A stretch of 63,597 bases of DNA, the filler included, from Collodictyon triciliatum (taxonomy: Eukaryota): assembly GCA_043381765.1 (NCBI GenBank). It is 12 parts of 12 records of this genome, joined end to end, with 100 filler letters (N's around TTAATTAATTAA, not from the genome) between each part and the next. Parts side by side here need not be neighbours in the genome. Positions count along the whole stretch, not along the records: positions 10,585 to 17,944 come from JBHJMP010005398.1; positions 18,045 to 23,234 come from JBHJMP010005399.1; positions 23,335 to 28,522 come from JBHJMP010005400.1; 9 more parts are not named here. One strand, written 5' to 3'. Below the pieces are notes generated by a model, which was given only the letters and a program-made list of their open reading frames with translations, did no database searches and was not told the origin of the DNA. Position numbers and translations under genes: made by a program. Below, in pieces: positions 13,801 through 26,676 of this stretch. Each line of letters starts with the position of its first letter. Position 1 is the first letter of the stretch.

Positions 13801-14367
13801 AAAATGTCATAGTTTGAATTATTTCTTTTGTAAATGAACACTCGCCTGAAAATGCTCTCGAATATATATAGTATCCAACCCCCTCGAGCACTGGACGAGT
13901 ATTATCGTATTTTGCGGAGCCACCGCAGGTATTTACCTTTATGATTATCCGATTATTTTTTTTCCTATTCCGAGCGCCCTGTAAACCTCTTCTGAAGAAA
14001 AAAGAAGCGCACATAAAACCATTCCCTTTCTGATTTTTCAAAGCGTGTCTTATTCCTGCTTGGTTGATGGAAATGCGCTACTTTATCATTCCAACCTACT
14101 TTGTATCGCTCAAGGAAAAGGTCAACCTTTATGCACATTTATAGCGAATTAATTCGATGTTACATAAAGCCGCCCAATCGCATTGTTCCATGATAAAAGT
14201 GATACGCATCTTTCTGACACCCGATTGCCTCTGTACAACAGCCGTCCTCGTTCGCAGCCCGAGCGAATCTTGCGTGCAACATCGCTGTCAACACTGCGCT
14301 TCTCTTTCTTTTCTTGCTGAAGCCGTTCGCTGCCCCGGATGGCCAAGTGGGCAGGTTCATGTGGTAG
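10881..14367 (+). CDS. ALG10: Dol-P-Glc:Glc2Man9GlcNAc2-PP-Dol alpha-1,2-glucosyltransferase (DIE2/ALG10), ~15 exons
   Basis: Spliced motifs: [88 protein letters not shown] and the C-terminal KPF...GRFMW* (TAG 14365-14367). Confidence 0.95.
12633..12867. repeat. (TACTAT)n microsatellite in an ALG10 intron, containing a single-N scaffold join at 12753
   Basis: Read directly from the sequence. Confidence 0.98.
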
Positions 14368-14722
14368 TCGCAGAGACTCGCCTGCGAAGGAAAGAACCCC
14401 CCTGCAACTGCCCTCCCCTCTAAAATCATCTGCGCTCACAATTGCAAACGCAGCAGCCAACCCGAACTGCCGCGATGCGACTCTGAATCGCTCGATAGTT
14501 TTCCTCGTGTCTCTTTTCCATTAAAGTATTGATCATCATCCTCAATAAGAAAAGAAAAGGTGGGGTGGATATACTGCCAAATCGACGGAAAGACCCCACG
14601 AATCCGCCACTGCATCCTCGCTCTTTAAATCATTTTGGGCTGTATTTTGGTTTTGTTGTGAGGCAGTTGAAGACTCTCATATCTTATTTTATTTCATCTT
14701 CTTTATCCACGGCTTGGATTTG

Positions 14723-17700
14723 CTATTGACCGTATGGATTCATTGTGCCGGGTTCAGTTTTAGCTTTCTCGGGACATGCGCTACTTACATGCCCAGGCTT
14801 GTGGCACACATAACAGGTGCGATTGTCGGGACCGGAGCAATCACGGCCTTCATGTATGATATACACAAAGAATCAGCAAGTTGTTCTCTCTTTTTTTAAA
14901 TAATAATAATAACAATAATGTAGTGTCCCGTAATTGAGGTAAAAGCGCAAAGAAAGAAAAAGTGCCCAGGTAATAAAGAATACTCTTGTGTCCGGTCTGT
15001 CCACACTTGAAACATGCGTCGAATCCTTGCGAGGAGACTCCGTTTGCAGTGCAGAACTTGGAGTGATGTCCAGGCTGCAATTTTGTAATTTGAGTGAGGT
15101 TGGAATCTCTCGAGTGGCAGTGGATGCCACGTAGAAGAGATTCATGTTGATTTATCCAACATATTGATTACATTATACATCTGTCTATTTTCTTTTCTTC
15201 TCTTACATCTCCACATCGGTAGCATCGCTCTGGAGGGAGTCTATTTGACATGGGCGGCTCCTTACAATCCTTGGCAATGTGGCCCGCCTGAGTAGTGGGG
15301 GATAAAAAGCAAGACATGTTTGCAATTCGGGTGTGTTAGCCAATAATGAACAAATGCTTGTGGGTTCGAGCCTTATATCTGACTGAATACACAAGGCCGA
15401 AATAGTGCTGATGATTCCACCTGTCTGCAATTGAAGCAAGCCAGCATCCCTCCTCGATAAGCACCATCGATATCCTGCGACATTGACGATGAAAGTTGGC
15501 CATTCGATTTGTTTGAAATAGAGATGATGTGGATTAAGAATAGAAAGAATATAATTGGTGTAGTCGCCATAAAGCCAAATGACATTCAAGAATCAATCGT
15601 ATGTATGAACACATGCACGCAATTACACTGTAGCTCGAACGTCCTCTATCTCTATCTCTATCCCTCTCTCTATCCCTCTCCCTGTCGCGGTCTCTGTTCC
15701 TATCACGTTCTCGGTCCCTGTCGTAGTGTCTGTCGCGGTCCCTTTCACGACCGCGGTCTCTGTCGTAATCCATGTCTCGGTAGCTGGGGCGATAGTCGTA
15801 GCCGTCCAGCGTTTGCGTAGGATAGGAGGCGGCTCCCATATATCCTTGGGTGTAGGTCATGTCCTGCGAATACAGACGCGGCTGGTGATAGGCATCGGGC
15901 GACGAGCCGGTTCGGAACGACGCATCGTAGCCTCTGAGCTGCGTGGCTGTCCCGGCCTCACTTGGGAGATAATCGCTACCCGTATAGACAGGGTCGCGAT
16001 ATGCGTCTCGGGGGTATGCGGCATCGTACTGGCCAAACCCAGAGGCAGACGACGCTGTTGTGGGGCCGCTAAAGCCTGCTGTCTGTCCGTATCCCATACG
16101 GTAGTCTCTGTATCCGGCTGGGTCCATCCGCTCGTCTCTTCCAGAGCCATATGGAGCCATGTAGCCTTGTCCCTGGGTATGCGGTGGATATCCTTGTCTC
16201 GGGCCTGTGGTAGTGATGTTGCATACAGGTTTGTTAACTTATTTTCGCTGCCAAGGTAGAGAATATAATTGTCTCGAAATTCCGTTCATGTGTATTGGTT
16301 TGTGTTGCAAAATTGCGGTGTAGATAGCATAAAAAAAAAATGGCTGTTACAATCATGTGCACAAAATAAATGTTCAATTCATTCATAAAAAGATATGACA
16401 ATGAGAAGAGTAGGAGAGTGTGATTCATTAGTGTTTGAGTTACCCATATCGCCACGTCCGCCACTTCCATCTCCTACCAGGGCATTTGAAATATATTTAG
16501 TAAATTGAAGATAATTTCTCTGGATAATTCGTATCATTAGAAGGCAACTCCAAATTTATCGGAAACAGAGCCCCACTCAATCATTTCAATCGCATCATTA
16601 CTCACTCATTCCACCTCTTCGTGCACCAGGACTACCCAACCATACCCCAAGAATTTGGATGCAGATTCATAATTCATTGAATATGATAATGAAGAAAAAG
16701 CCACTTCAGTCTTTGATACCCTTCCCTTTAAAGTTAAATATACAAAGCAAACTAACAACTTCAAAATTTCTTCTTTTTAAGAAGAAAAAAAAAAAAGAAA
16801 CACCCGCGACCACCGCACCTCTTTTGTTTCTGCCTTTTCAAACTATGCTCGACATATTGTTTTTTTAACTGGGAAGGCGGCTCGGCCAATCCCGAAAGAG
16901 CCAAATAAAAACAAAAGAGGAAATAAAATTTTACAAAGAATGGCTCACCCTCTTTCATGACAATCCATTCCGTGGTGACCCATACGGCCGCACGAGAAAC
17001 ACTTTTCATACTTAAGAGAGGGGCATTCTCGGGCAAAATGTCCTACAGAGCACAGTCAAGAGATTCATTTGATACACACTCATTACAGGCTGAATTGTTT
17101 ATTTTCAGAGTTGTATTTTATTTTCTTATTGCTACTACTTACCTTTCCCTTTGCATTTGTAGCACTCGTGCGCATCGCCGTTAGGATTCTTTGGAGGGCG
17201 GCAATCTTTTGCAAAGTGACCGCGACCACCGCAGCTGGTATGATGGGAGACATTTGGATTCATTGGTCAGCAAGGAAATTTGTGATAAGCAATTGTCTCA
17301 TAGCGAGAGATTGAATTAAATGATAGTATCCCTGGTTTAAATAATTTAATATAAATTTCAAAGGAAGAAAAAATAATGAACTTGTATGCAATTGGGTGAA
17401 ACGGGGTGGTGGGGGGAAGAAATTATTCAAAACGGAATGAAAACAAAGTCGTCCGATTGACTGGAACAATGGAGAGAAATATGGATGTCAAAAGTACCAA
17501 AATTATTGGGAATGAATATGAAAATTAAATGGAAGAGAGAGAGAGAGAAAAACACCATCTCCCGAAGTATAAGGTACCTGAAGCAATTCAGACCGGCCTT
17601 GCCGGGGTGTGAGCGCTCAGGACGATGCTCAAGCGGACCAGCGTGCTGTGAGTCGTTAGTCTCGGCATGCAACCCTTGTTCGTGTCGGTCGTTCGCTTCA

Positions 17701-17830
17701 TCCTGCTGGCCGGTGAACGGGAGAAACGCATCGTTCTGATTCGGAGCCGTTGGATCGTACTCGTCTGCAGTGCTGTTTTCGTGCCCTGCGTTTTCGATGG
17801 CCGGGTGCAGTGGCGGCTGAAGGTGCGTAG
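14723..17830 (-). CDS. CNBP/Gis2/Byr3-like nucleic-acid-binding protein with 7 CCHC zinc knuckles and a central low-complexity insert (5' partial)
   Basis: Spliced knuckles: CFSCGGRGHFAKDC, CYKCKGKGHFAREC, CFSCGRMGHHGMDC, CFNCRQAGHIAKDC, CYRCGDPGHHSKFC, CFKCGQTGHKSRDC, CYVCHKPGHVSSAC. Stop TAG at 14723-14725. Confidence 0.88.
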
Positions 17831-17870
17831 CTGCACTCGCGATGTTCAGACGTCAATAAGTCGGTGCAGT

Positions 17871-17944
<74 letters not shown>

Positions 17945-18044
17945 NNNNNNNNNNNNNNNNNNNNNNNNNNNNNNNNNNNNNNNNNNNNTTAATTAATTAA
18001 NNNNNNNNNNNNNNNNNNNNNNNNNNNNNNNNNNNNNNNNNNNN

Positions 18045-21000
18045 GATGGCTCTAAAATCGTTTCTGGAAGTGATGATAATACAGTCAAAATTTGGAATCT
18101 TTCTGATGGAGCTTTGATTCGCACGTTGACTGGTCATACTAGTGTTGTTTCCAGTGTTACTGTTACTCCCGATGGCTCAAAAATTGTTTCTGGAAGTGCT
18201 GATAGAACAATCAAAATTTGGAATATTTCTGATGGAGCTTTGATTCGCACATTGACTGGTCATAATAGTCAAGTTTACAGTGTTGCTGTTTCTCCTGATG
18301 GCTCAAAAATTGTTTCAGGAAGTTTTGATAGAACAATCAAAATATGGAATCTTTCTGATGGAACTTTTATTCGCACGTTGACTGGTCATACTGGTTATGT
18401 TATGAGTGTTGCTGTTACTCCTGATGGTTCAAAAATTGTTTCTGGAAGTGCTGATAGAACAATCAAAATTTGGAATATTTCTGACGGAGCTTTGATTCGC
18501 ACATTGACTGGTCATACTGATATCGTTTGGAGTGTTGCTGTTACTCCTGATGGCTCAAAAATTGTTTCTGGAAGCAGGGATACAACAATTAAAATTTGGA
18601 ATCTTTCTGATGGAGCTTTGATTCGCACATTGACTGGTCATACCAGTAGTGTTGATAGTGTTGCTGTTACTCCTGATGGCTCAAAAATTGTTTCAGGAAG
18701 TAGGGATACAACAATTAAAATTTGGAATCTTTCTGATGGAGCTTTGATTCGCACATTGACTGGTCATACTAGTTATGTTAACAGTGTTGCTGTTACTCCT
18801 GATGGCTCAAGAATTGTTTCTGGAAGTTATGATAAAACAATCAAAATTTGGGATGCTCCAGAGTTACTTTGTTCTGCTGGTCAGTTTTATGATACAGTTA
18901 CAAAGTCATGTCAACTATGCCCATCCGGAAGCTATAGTGCTGGAGGTGCCTTGTCTTGTTCTTCATGTCCTGCTGGCACATACAATCCTTCAACAGGTTC
19001 TACAAATGTTGGTGCTTGTATATCATGCGCAGCTGGCACATACAATCCATCAACAGGTTCTACAAATGTTGGTGCTTGTATATCATGCGCAGCTGGCACA
19101 TACAATCCATCAACAGGTTCAACAAGTGTTGGTGCTTGTCTTTCATGTGCAGCTGGAACATACAACCCATCTGTTGGTCAAGCAACATGTCTTTCATGTG
19201 TAGCTGGTACATACAACCCATCAACGGGTTCTACAAATGTTGATTCCTGTCTTTCATGTGCAGCTGGCACATACAATCCATCAACTGGTAAGTCTGCTTG
19301 TCTTTCATGCGCAGCTGGAAAATACAATCCATCAACAGGTTCTACAAGTGTTGGTGCCTGTCTTTCATGTCCTGCTGGCACATACAATCCATCAACGGGT
19401 TCTACAAATGTTGATTCCTGTCTTTCATGTGCAGCTGGCACATACAACCCATCAACAGGTTCTACAAATGTTGGTGCTTGTCTTTCATGTGCAGCTGGCA
19501 AATACAATCAATTAACTGGTCAAGCAATCTGTCTTTCATGTGCAGCTGGCACATACAATCCGTCAACCGGTCAAGCAACCTGTCTTTCATGTGTAGCTGG
19601 TACATACAACCCATCAACGGGTTCTACAAATGTTGGAGCCTGTCTTTCATGTGCAGCTGGCACATACAATCCGTCAACCGGTCAAGCAACCTGTCTTTCA
19701 TGCGCAGCTGGCACATACAACCCATCAACAGGTTCTACAAGTGTTGGAGCCTGTCTTTCATGTGCAGCTGGTACATATAATCCATCAACAGGTTCTACAA
19801 ATGTTGGTGCTTGTCTTTCATGTGCAGCTGGTACATATAATCCATTAATTGGTCAAGCAACCTGTATTTCATGTGCAGCTGGCACATACAATCCATCAAC
19901 AGGTTCTACAAGTGTTGGAGCCTGTCTTTCATGTGCAGCTGGCACATACAATCCATCAACAGGTTCTACAAATGTTGGTGCTTGTCTTTCATGTGCAGCT
20001 GGTACATACAATCCATCAACTGGTCAAGCAACCTGTATTTCATGTGCAGCTGGTACATACAATCCATCAACTGGTCAAGCAACCTGTCTTTCATGTGTAG
20101 CTGGTACATACAATCCATCAACTGGGCAGTCTGCCTGTATTTCATGTGCAGCTGGCACATACAACCCATTAATTGGTTCTAAAAGTGTTGGAGCCTGTCT
20201 TTCATGCGCAGCTGGCACATACAATCAATTAACTGGTCAAGCAATCTGTCTTTCATGTGCAGCAGGTACATACAATCCATTAATTGGTCAAGCAACCTGT
20301 ATTTCATGTGCAGCTGGTACATACAATCCATTAATTGGTTCTACAAGTGTTGGAGCCTGTCTTTCATGTGAAAATGGAACATACAACCCATCAATTGGTC
20401 AGTCTACCTGTATTACATGTGCAGCTGGAACACACAACCCATTAATTGGTTCTACAAGTGTTGGAGCCTGTATCTCATGCGCAGCTGGCACATACAATCC
20501 ATTAATTGGTCAAGCAACCTGTCTTTCATGTGCAGCTGGCACATACAACCCATTTATTGGTCAAGCAACCTGTATTTCATGTGCAGCTGGTACATACAAT
20601 CCATCAACTGGTCAAGCTACATGTCTTTCATGTGCAGCTGGCACATACAATCCATCAACGGGTTCTAAAAGTGTTGGAGCCTGTATTTCATGTGCAGCTG
20701 GTACATTCAATCCATCAAGTGGTTCTACAAGTATTGCTGCCTGTCTTCCATGCGCAGCTGGCACATACAATCCATCAAGTGGTTCTACAAGTATTGCTGC
20801 CTGTCTTTCATGCGCAGCTGGCACATATAATCAATTAACTGGTCAAGCAACCTGTCTTTCATGTGCAACTGGCACATACAATCCTTTAAATGGCTCTTCT
20901 TCTATTGAGAATTGCTTATCGTGTGAACCAGGAACATTCAATGATAAAAAGGGGCAAATTAAATGTAATCTATGTGAGCCAGGAACTTACACCAGCGATA

Positions 21001-23234
21001 AAGGAAGGAATATTTGCCAAGATTGCCCACCTGGGCAATACAACAGCAAATACGGTGAAATGGAATGTACTTTGTGTCCTTCTGGGACATACAACTCTTT
21101 TAAAAAGAGTAACAGTTCTTCATTCTGTATTGAATGCGAACCAGGAAATTTTAATAGTGTGATTGGACAAGATAAATGTGATGAATGTCCCACCGGGTTC
21201 TATTCGAATGCAAGAGGACAGAAATTCTGCTCGCCATGCTCTTTTGGACAATACTCAAACAGAACAAAATCAACAGCATGCGAACTATGTCCAGAAGGCA
21301 CATTTAATACAAATATAGGTTCCCCTAACATCGAAAGCTGCCAAAGCTGCCCTCAAGGAACATTCTCATCTGTTTCAGGAAAACTTGTGTGTGATTTGTG
21401 TCCCCCTGGAAAATATAGCGATTTACCAGGTCAAAATAATTGTTTCATATGTCCCAACGGAACTTATAGCACCACCTATGGAGCAACTAGTCTAAATTCT
21501 TGCCTTAAATGCCCTGTTGGAACCTATGGAGACGAAACGAAAATCTCTTGCACCTCATGCCCAGCTGGCACATTCAATAATATCGAGGGCTCATTCGGAA
21601 TGTCTTCATGCATGAAATGTTCACAAGGAAGTTACAGTATAAGAGGTAGCTCAACTTGTACAGAGTGCTCACCTGGATATTTTGCACCGGATTTTACTGT
21701 GAATGGTTGTGGCAAGTGCCAAGCTTGTGCAGAAGGCACGTACAACTCAAACTCGGGCTCATATGGAAACAAATCATGTATCGAATGTCCACAAGGCACT
21801 TGGAATGATAAAGATGGTCAAGCATCATGCTCATCGTGTCCAGCTGGTACATTCAACAATAAAACTGGCTCACTAAATCAATCGCAATGTATTTCATGTC
21901 CAAATGGAAGCTACAGCTCAGAAAGAAGCTCATCATGTAGTCTATGCTTATCAGGATATTATCAAAAAGAAGACATTATAAAAGACTCAAGCTCATGCTA
22001 TGCTTGTCCAAAAGGCACATTCAACTCAAACTCCGGCTCATATGGAAACTCATCATGTATCGAATGTCCACAAGGTACTTGGAATGATAAGGATGGTCAA
22101 GCATCATGCACATCATGTCTAGCCGGAACATATAATAACAAAACTGGCTCACTAAATCAATCGCAATGTATTTCATGTCCAAATGGAAGCTACAGCTCAG
22201 AAAGAAGCGCATCATGCAGTCTATGTTTATCAGGATTCTATCAAAAAGAAGACATTATAAAAGACTCAAGCTCATGCTATGCTTGTCCAAAAGGCACATT
22301 CAACACGAAATCCGGCTCATATGGAAATAATTCATGTATTGAGTGTCCACAAGGTACTTGGAATGATAGAGATGGTCAAGCATCATGCACATCATGCCCA
22401 GCTGGTACATTCAACAATAAAACTGGCTCACTCGATGAATCATCATGTATTACATGTCCAAATGGAAGCTACAGCTCAGAAAGAAGCTCATCGTGCACTT
22501 TGTGCTCATCAGGATTCTTTCAAAAAGAGGTAGTCGCAAAAGACCAGAAATCATGCTATGCTTGTCCAAAAGGTACATTCAACTCAATATCCGGTTCATA
22601 TGGAAATGCATCATGTATCGAATGTCCACAAGGTACTTGGAATGATAGAGATGGTCAAGCATCATGCACATCATGTCTAGCTGGGACATTCAACAATCAA
22701 ACTGGTTTATTCAATCAATCATCATGCATTTCATGTCCAAATGGAAGTTATACTCCAGAAGGAAGCGCATCATGCAGCTTATGCTTATCAGGATTCTTTC
22801 AAAAAGAAGGAATCATAAAAGACTCAAAATCGTGCTATGCTTGTCCAAAAGGCACATTCAACTCAATATCCGGCTCATATGGAAACACATCGTGCACCGA
22901 ATGTCCACAAGGCACTTGGAACGATAGAGATGGTCAAGCATCATGCACGTCATGTCCAGCGGGTACATTCAACGATAAAACTGGCTCATCCGATCAATCA
23001 TCATGTATTTCATGTCCAAATGGAAGCTACAGCTCAGAAAGAAGCTCATCATGCAGTTTATGCTTATCAGGATTCTTTCAAAAAGAAGGAATCATAAAAG
23101 ACTCAAAATCGTGCTATGATTGTCCAAAAGGCTCATTCAACTCAATATCCGGTTCATATGGAAATGCATCATGTATCGAATGTCCACAAGGTACTTGGAA
23201 TGATAGAGATGGTCAAGCATCATGCACATCATGT
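18045..23234 (+). CDS. WD40-repeat protein fused to a long Cys-rich (ephrin-receptor-like/GCC2-GCC3-type CxxC) repeat array; intronless, partial at both ends
   Basis: One open frame spans the whole 5190-bp contig. It holds 6.5 GH...W(N/D) repeats with a 126-nt period (18045-18853), then dozens of C-x-x-G-T-Y/F...C-x-x-C units. Confidence 0.92.
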
Positions 23235-23497
23235 NNNNNNNNNNNNNNNNNNNNNNNNNNNNNNNNNNNNNNNNNNNNTTAATTAATTAANNNNNNNNNN
23301 NNNNNNNNNNNNNNNNNNNNNNNNNNNNNNNNNNTTTTGGTTTTTTTGGTTTTTTTGGTTTGTTTGTTTTTTGCTCGAGTAGCAAGAAAAAATGAACATC
23401 ACTACATAGAAATAACGACATGATAGTATCGATAATGTGTCATGATTTTTTAATCACTATTATTTACATTTTCAAGGTATGTTGTTGTATTCAATTA

Positions 23498-23703
23498 AGT
23501 CAATCAAATCAATCAAGTCAATCAAGTCAATCAAGTCAATCAAGTCAATCAAGTCAATCAAGTCAATCAAGTCAATCAAGTCAATCAAGTCAATCAAGTC
23601 AATCAAGTCAATCAAATCAAATCAAATCAAATCAAATCAAATCAAATCAAATCAAATCAAATCAAATCAAATCAAGTCAATCAAATCAAGTCAATCAAAT
23701 CAA
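23498..23703. repeat. Compound (TCAATCAAG)n/(TCAAA)n repeat
   Basis: Read directly from the sequence. Confidence 0.95.
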
Positions 23704-23819
23704 GATAACTTGGATTAGATCAAACAATATTAAATAATGAGACTAATCATGCTGCGTTTTAGAAAGGGTGATCATAAACTTGACTCATAATGACCAAGAC
23801 TTCAGTTCACCAGCACACC

Positions 23820-24540
23820 TTATAATGAGAATAGGTGCAGATCATCCACCCTACTGTCCAACAAACCCCTCACAAAACAATTCTCATTATTGCATATAGA
23901 AATCGAAAATGAAGGGTTTCCCTATTTACGCACCCCTAACCTTCGTATGAACTGGAGAAATTGCATTTTTCTCCCACAAACCTCATACAAAAAAAAGTGA
24001 CGGAGAGGAAAAAGAAAAACTAGAGTAGAAACCAAGGGCAAACAAAACAAGGAGAAAAAGAAAAGGTTGCCCAGTCGATGATAAAAGGAAACAGACACAT
24101 GAAAAAGTATAAAAAATATTATCTTTGCAAACCTGTCATCTCCTAAAGTTTGCTTGTAACTGGACTCTTTTACTGTTGTATTGCCTACTTCGCCCATCTC
24201 AAACCCCATTTCCGTGCTCGTAAACGCCTTGTGTCTCGTGAAGACATGTAACAGCGCCGGATCCACCGTCTGTCTCCCAAAGAAATCATCACTGGGATTC
24301 AGTATGATGACAGGAGGCGATTAGAGGGCAGGGCATTTCTGTACCATATTAAAATGGTGAAAGCTCTAGTCATGAAAAGTACCTTGTGTCTTCTAGGAGT
24401 GGAAGGAGCTCTGTAGGAATAGGTGAGGTTGTCTCCCAAACGTGATGCAGTAGTAACTCGGTACCACTTGGGACAAAGATGAACCCTTCAGAGTCTCTAT
24501 CCGCCGTCCCCTTGGATTCAGTGGTCCAATCGCCTTCCAT
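23820..24540 (-). CDS. Hypothetical 3-exon protein (~115 aa)
   Basis: MEGDWTTESK...LLEDTS|DDFFGRQTVDPALLHVF...LGDDS|RVDDLHLFSL*, with two phase-matched GT-AG introns. No recognisable domain. Confidence 0.45.
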
Positions 24541-26676
24541 GGAGTCTCTTATGTACTGTTTTTCCTTTTTTTTTTTTTTTTAGTAGATATGTTAGAAATT
24601 TGCCTGTCCTTATACTCTATAATTAATGGAGACGCTTTTGGTGGAACGAGGGGAAAAAAGACACATTGCTCAATAAACCCTTCGCTCAGAGGTAATCGAA
24701 GAAAAAAATATTATTTGGTTGATTTGCCCCACTCGATATAAAGTTGATTGTTTTGTTTTTTGTTTTGTTTTTTGTTTTGTGTTTTGTTTTGTGTTTTTTT
24801 TTCTAGACAAGGGCATGCAGCGAATGCGAAAATTTTGATTCTTTTGTTTGCTGTATGACTATTTAAATAAGGGCAAAAGAAATGTCAACGCAAAAGTTGA
24901 TAAACTATTCTCTTAAGAAAAAGTGATTCTAACGGTCCTGGGGTTGTGACCTGAGTATTTAGTAACTTTTTTAAAAAAATCATTTTTAAAAGATATTTGT
25001 CCACCATCAAAAAATAACTCAAAGAACGGTTCATCGAGCGAATCGCTGAACGGCTCAAACATAAATCATAGCGCGCATAAAGCGACTCGTTAAACGTGTG
25101 AAAGCATCCTATACAAACCCGAAACGAAACAAAGTGAGGCGAAAGAGCACAACGAATTACGAAATGGGAATGAAACAAAACCATGTTATAGAATGAAGCC
25201 GAAGGATTGAATGCTTTAAGAGCTGCTTGTTGCTATACAAGACCTATGGATATAGGAAACGTGCAATCCCAAGAGCGTTTCTTTTATACAACGAGTCGCG
25301 TATATTAGTGCCCCAGCGGGAATGGGAATCAACGGGAACGCATGATTCTGGCAAGCCTTTTTTTTTTCTGCAACTTCGTTAGTTCTGGGAATCACATGGC
25401 GTTAGGGGTAAAGAAAAACAAAAAGATGAGGGAAATTATACTCTCGAGGACTTACACTAGCAAAGGGAATAGATTGTCCCAAGTGAAATGAACGGCTCTG
25501 GCTGGATGCCAGAGTTCCTTATTTTCGATTCCCATAGTTGATTGTCATAGCCTTGTGTTTTGTCAATGACAACCGAAGTCCTGCGGGCACACACGCAAAG
25601 GCATTTGGAAAAAGTGCGCATTAGCCCTATGCCGTTTATATTGCCCCCGAAATCGAAACGCGCTTCGATGACCCCGGCGCGCTTCACATTTGCCGTTTCC
25701 GCTGCGTTTATGGGAATTTGATTTTCGGAAAAGAAATATAGACCCATCCCTGTTCTTTTCGTTTCCTCCACATTGCAATTTGGTCTTTCCATTGAAAAAG
25801 TGAAGTGCATTATTCCTCCTGCCGTCATCCCCTTTTCTTTTCTTTTCATTTCTTTTTTTTTTTTTTGGCCTTGGTGTTTCGTTCTGTGAGTGTTGGGAAT
25901 TCGATTGTTATGGCAGTGGGAATGCGATGGTTTCCAAACTTCAATGAATCATCAATCCCATTGATTTTCCAACCGAACGCCCTTTGCTCTTCTCTCCCTG
26001 GGCGGGCTTCTCTGTTGCGTTTTGAGCCTCTTTTCCCTGCGTTAGTGTGACTAACGCGTTTGGATTCAAGTTTGTTTAGGATGGGAATACGAGAATTTCC
26101 TTAAATGGGCATTCGTTCTGAGAAATCATTTAAATACAGTGTATTATTACTTGCATGATAGTATTCATTGAATATTCTCAACAATGAAAGAAGTTGTTTG
26201 GGTGCTCTAGGTATTTTATTGGCATCGTTTCATTAGATAATATCACTACTTTGGAATTAAATTATGAATTCTGGAATTCATAATATAAAAGGTATATATT
26301 GACACATGTATCACATCAGAAATAATCTCTGATGCGATATTTAATAAAATAGCTTTATTTAATGATTTTGTATCAGATTCCATCGCCCTAAATGTCTAAG
26401 TTAATTGTGGAACTTATCTATTATATAGTACAAAATTGAATCAAAAGACCCCTTAACCCATAGAAATTAAATAATGTGTAAAATGTATATTAATTATATC
26501 GATCTTATTCTCAATAAAAGTAACTGGTGTTAATGAATCGGCTGGATCAATTTAGCAACAGACTATTCCGCTTTTCCAGTGATCGTCCAATCCACACAAC
26601 CCACCCACAGCAACCCGCAAGACCGCGCTGCTCAACCCCACCACCCCAGGGCCGAAAAGAAGCGAAGCGCAGCCAA

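Noticed and set aside
14230-14460. GC-rich island as a structured ncRNA or minus-strand ORFs
   Set aside because: It is explained by the last ALG10 exon (…[15 protein letters not shown]) on the plus strand.
18045-23234. Regular repeats as a CRISPR-like array
   Set aside because: Unit lengths are multiples of 3 inside one open frame with no unique spacers; these are protein repeats.
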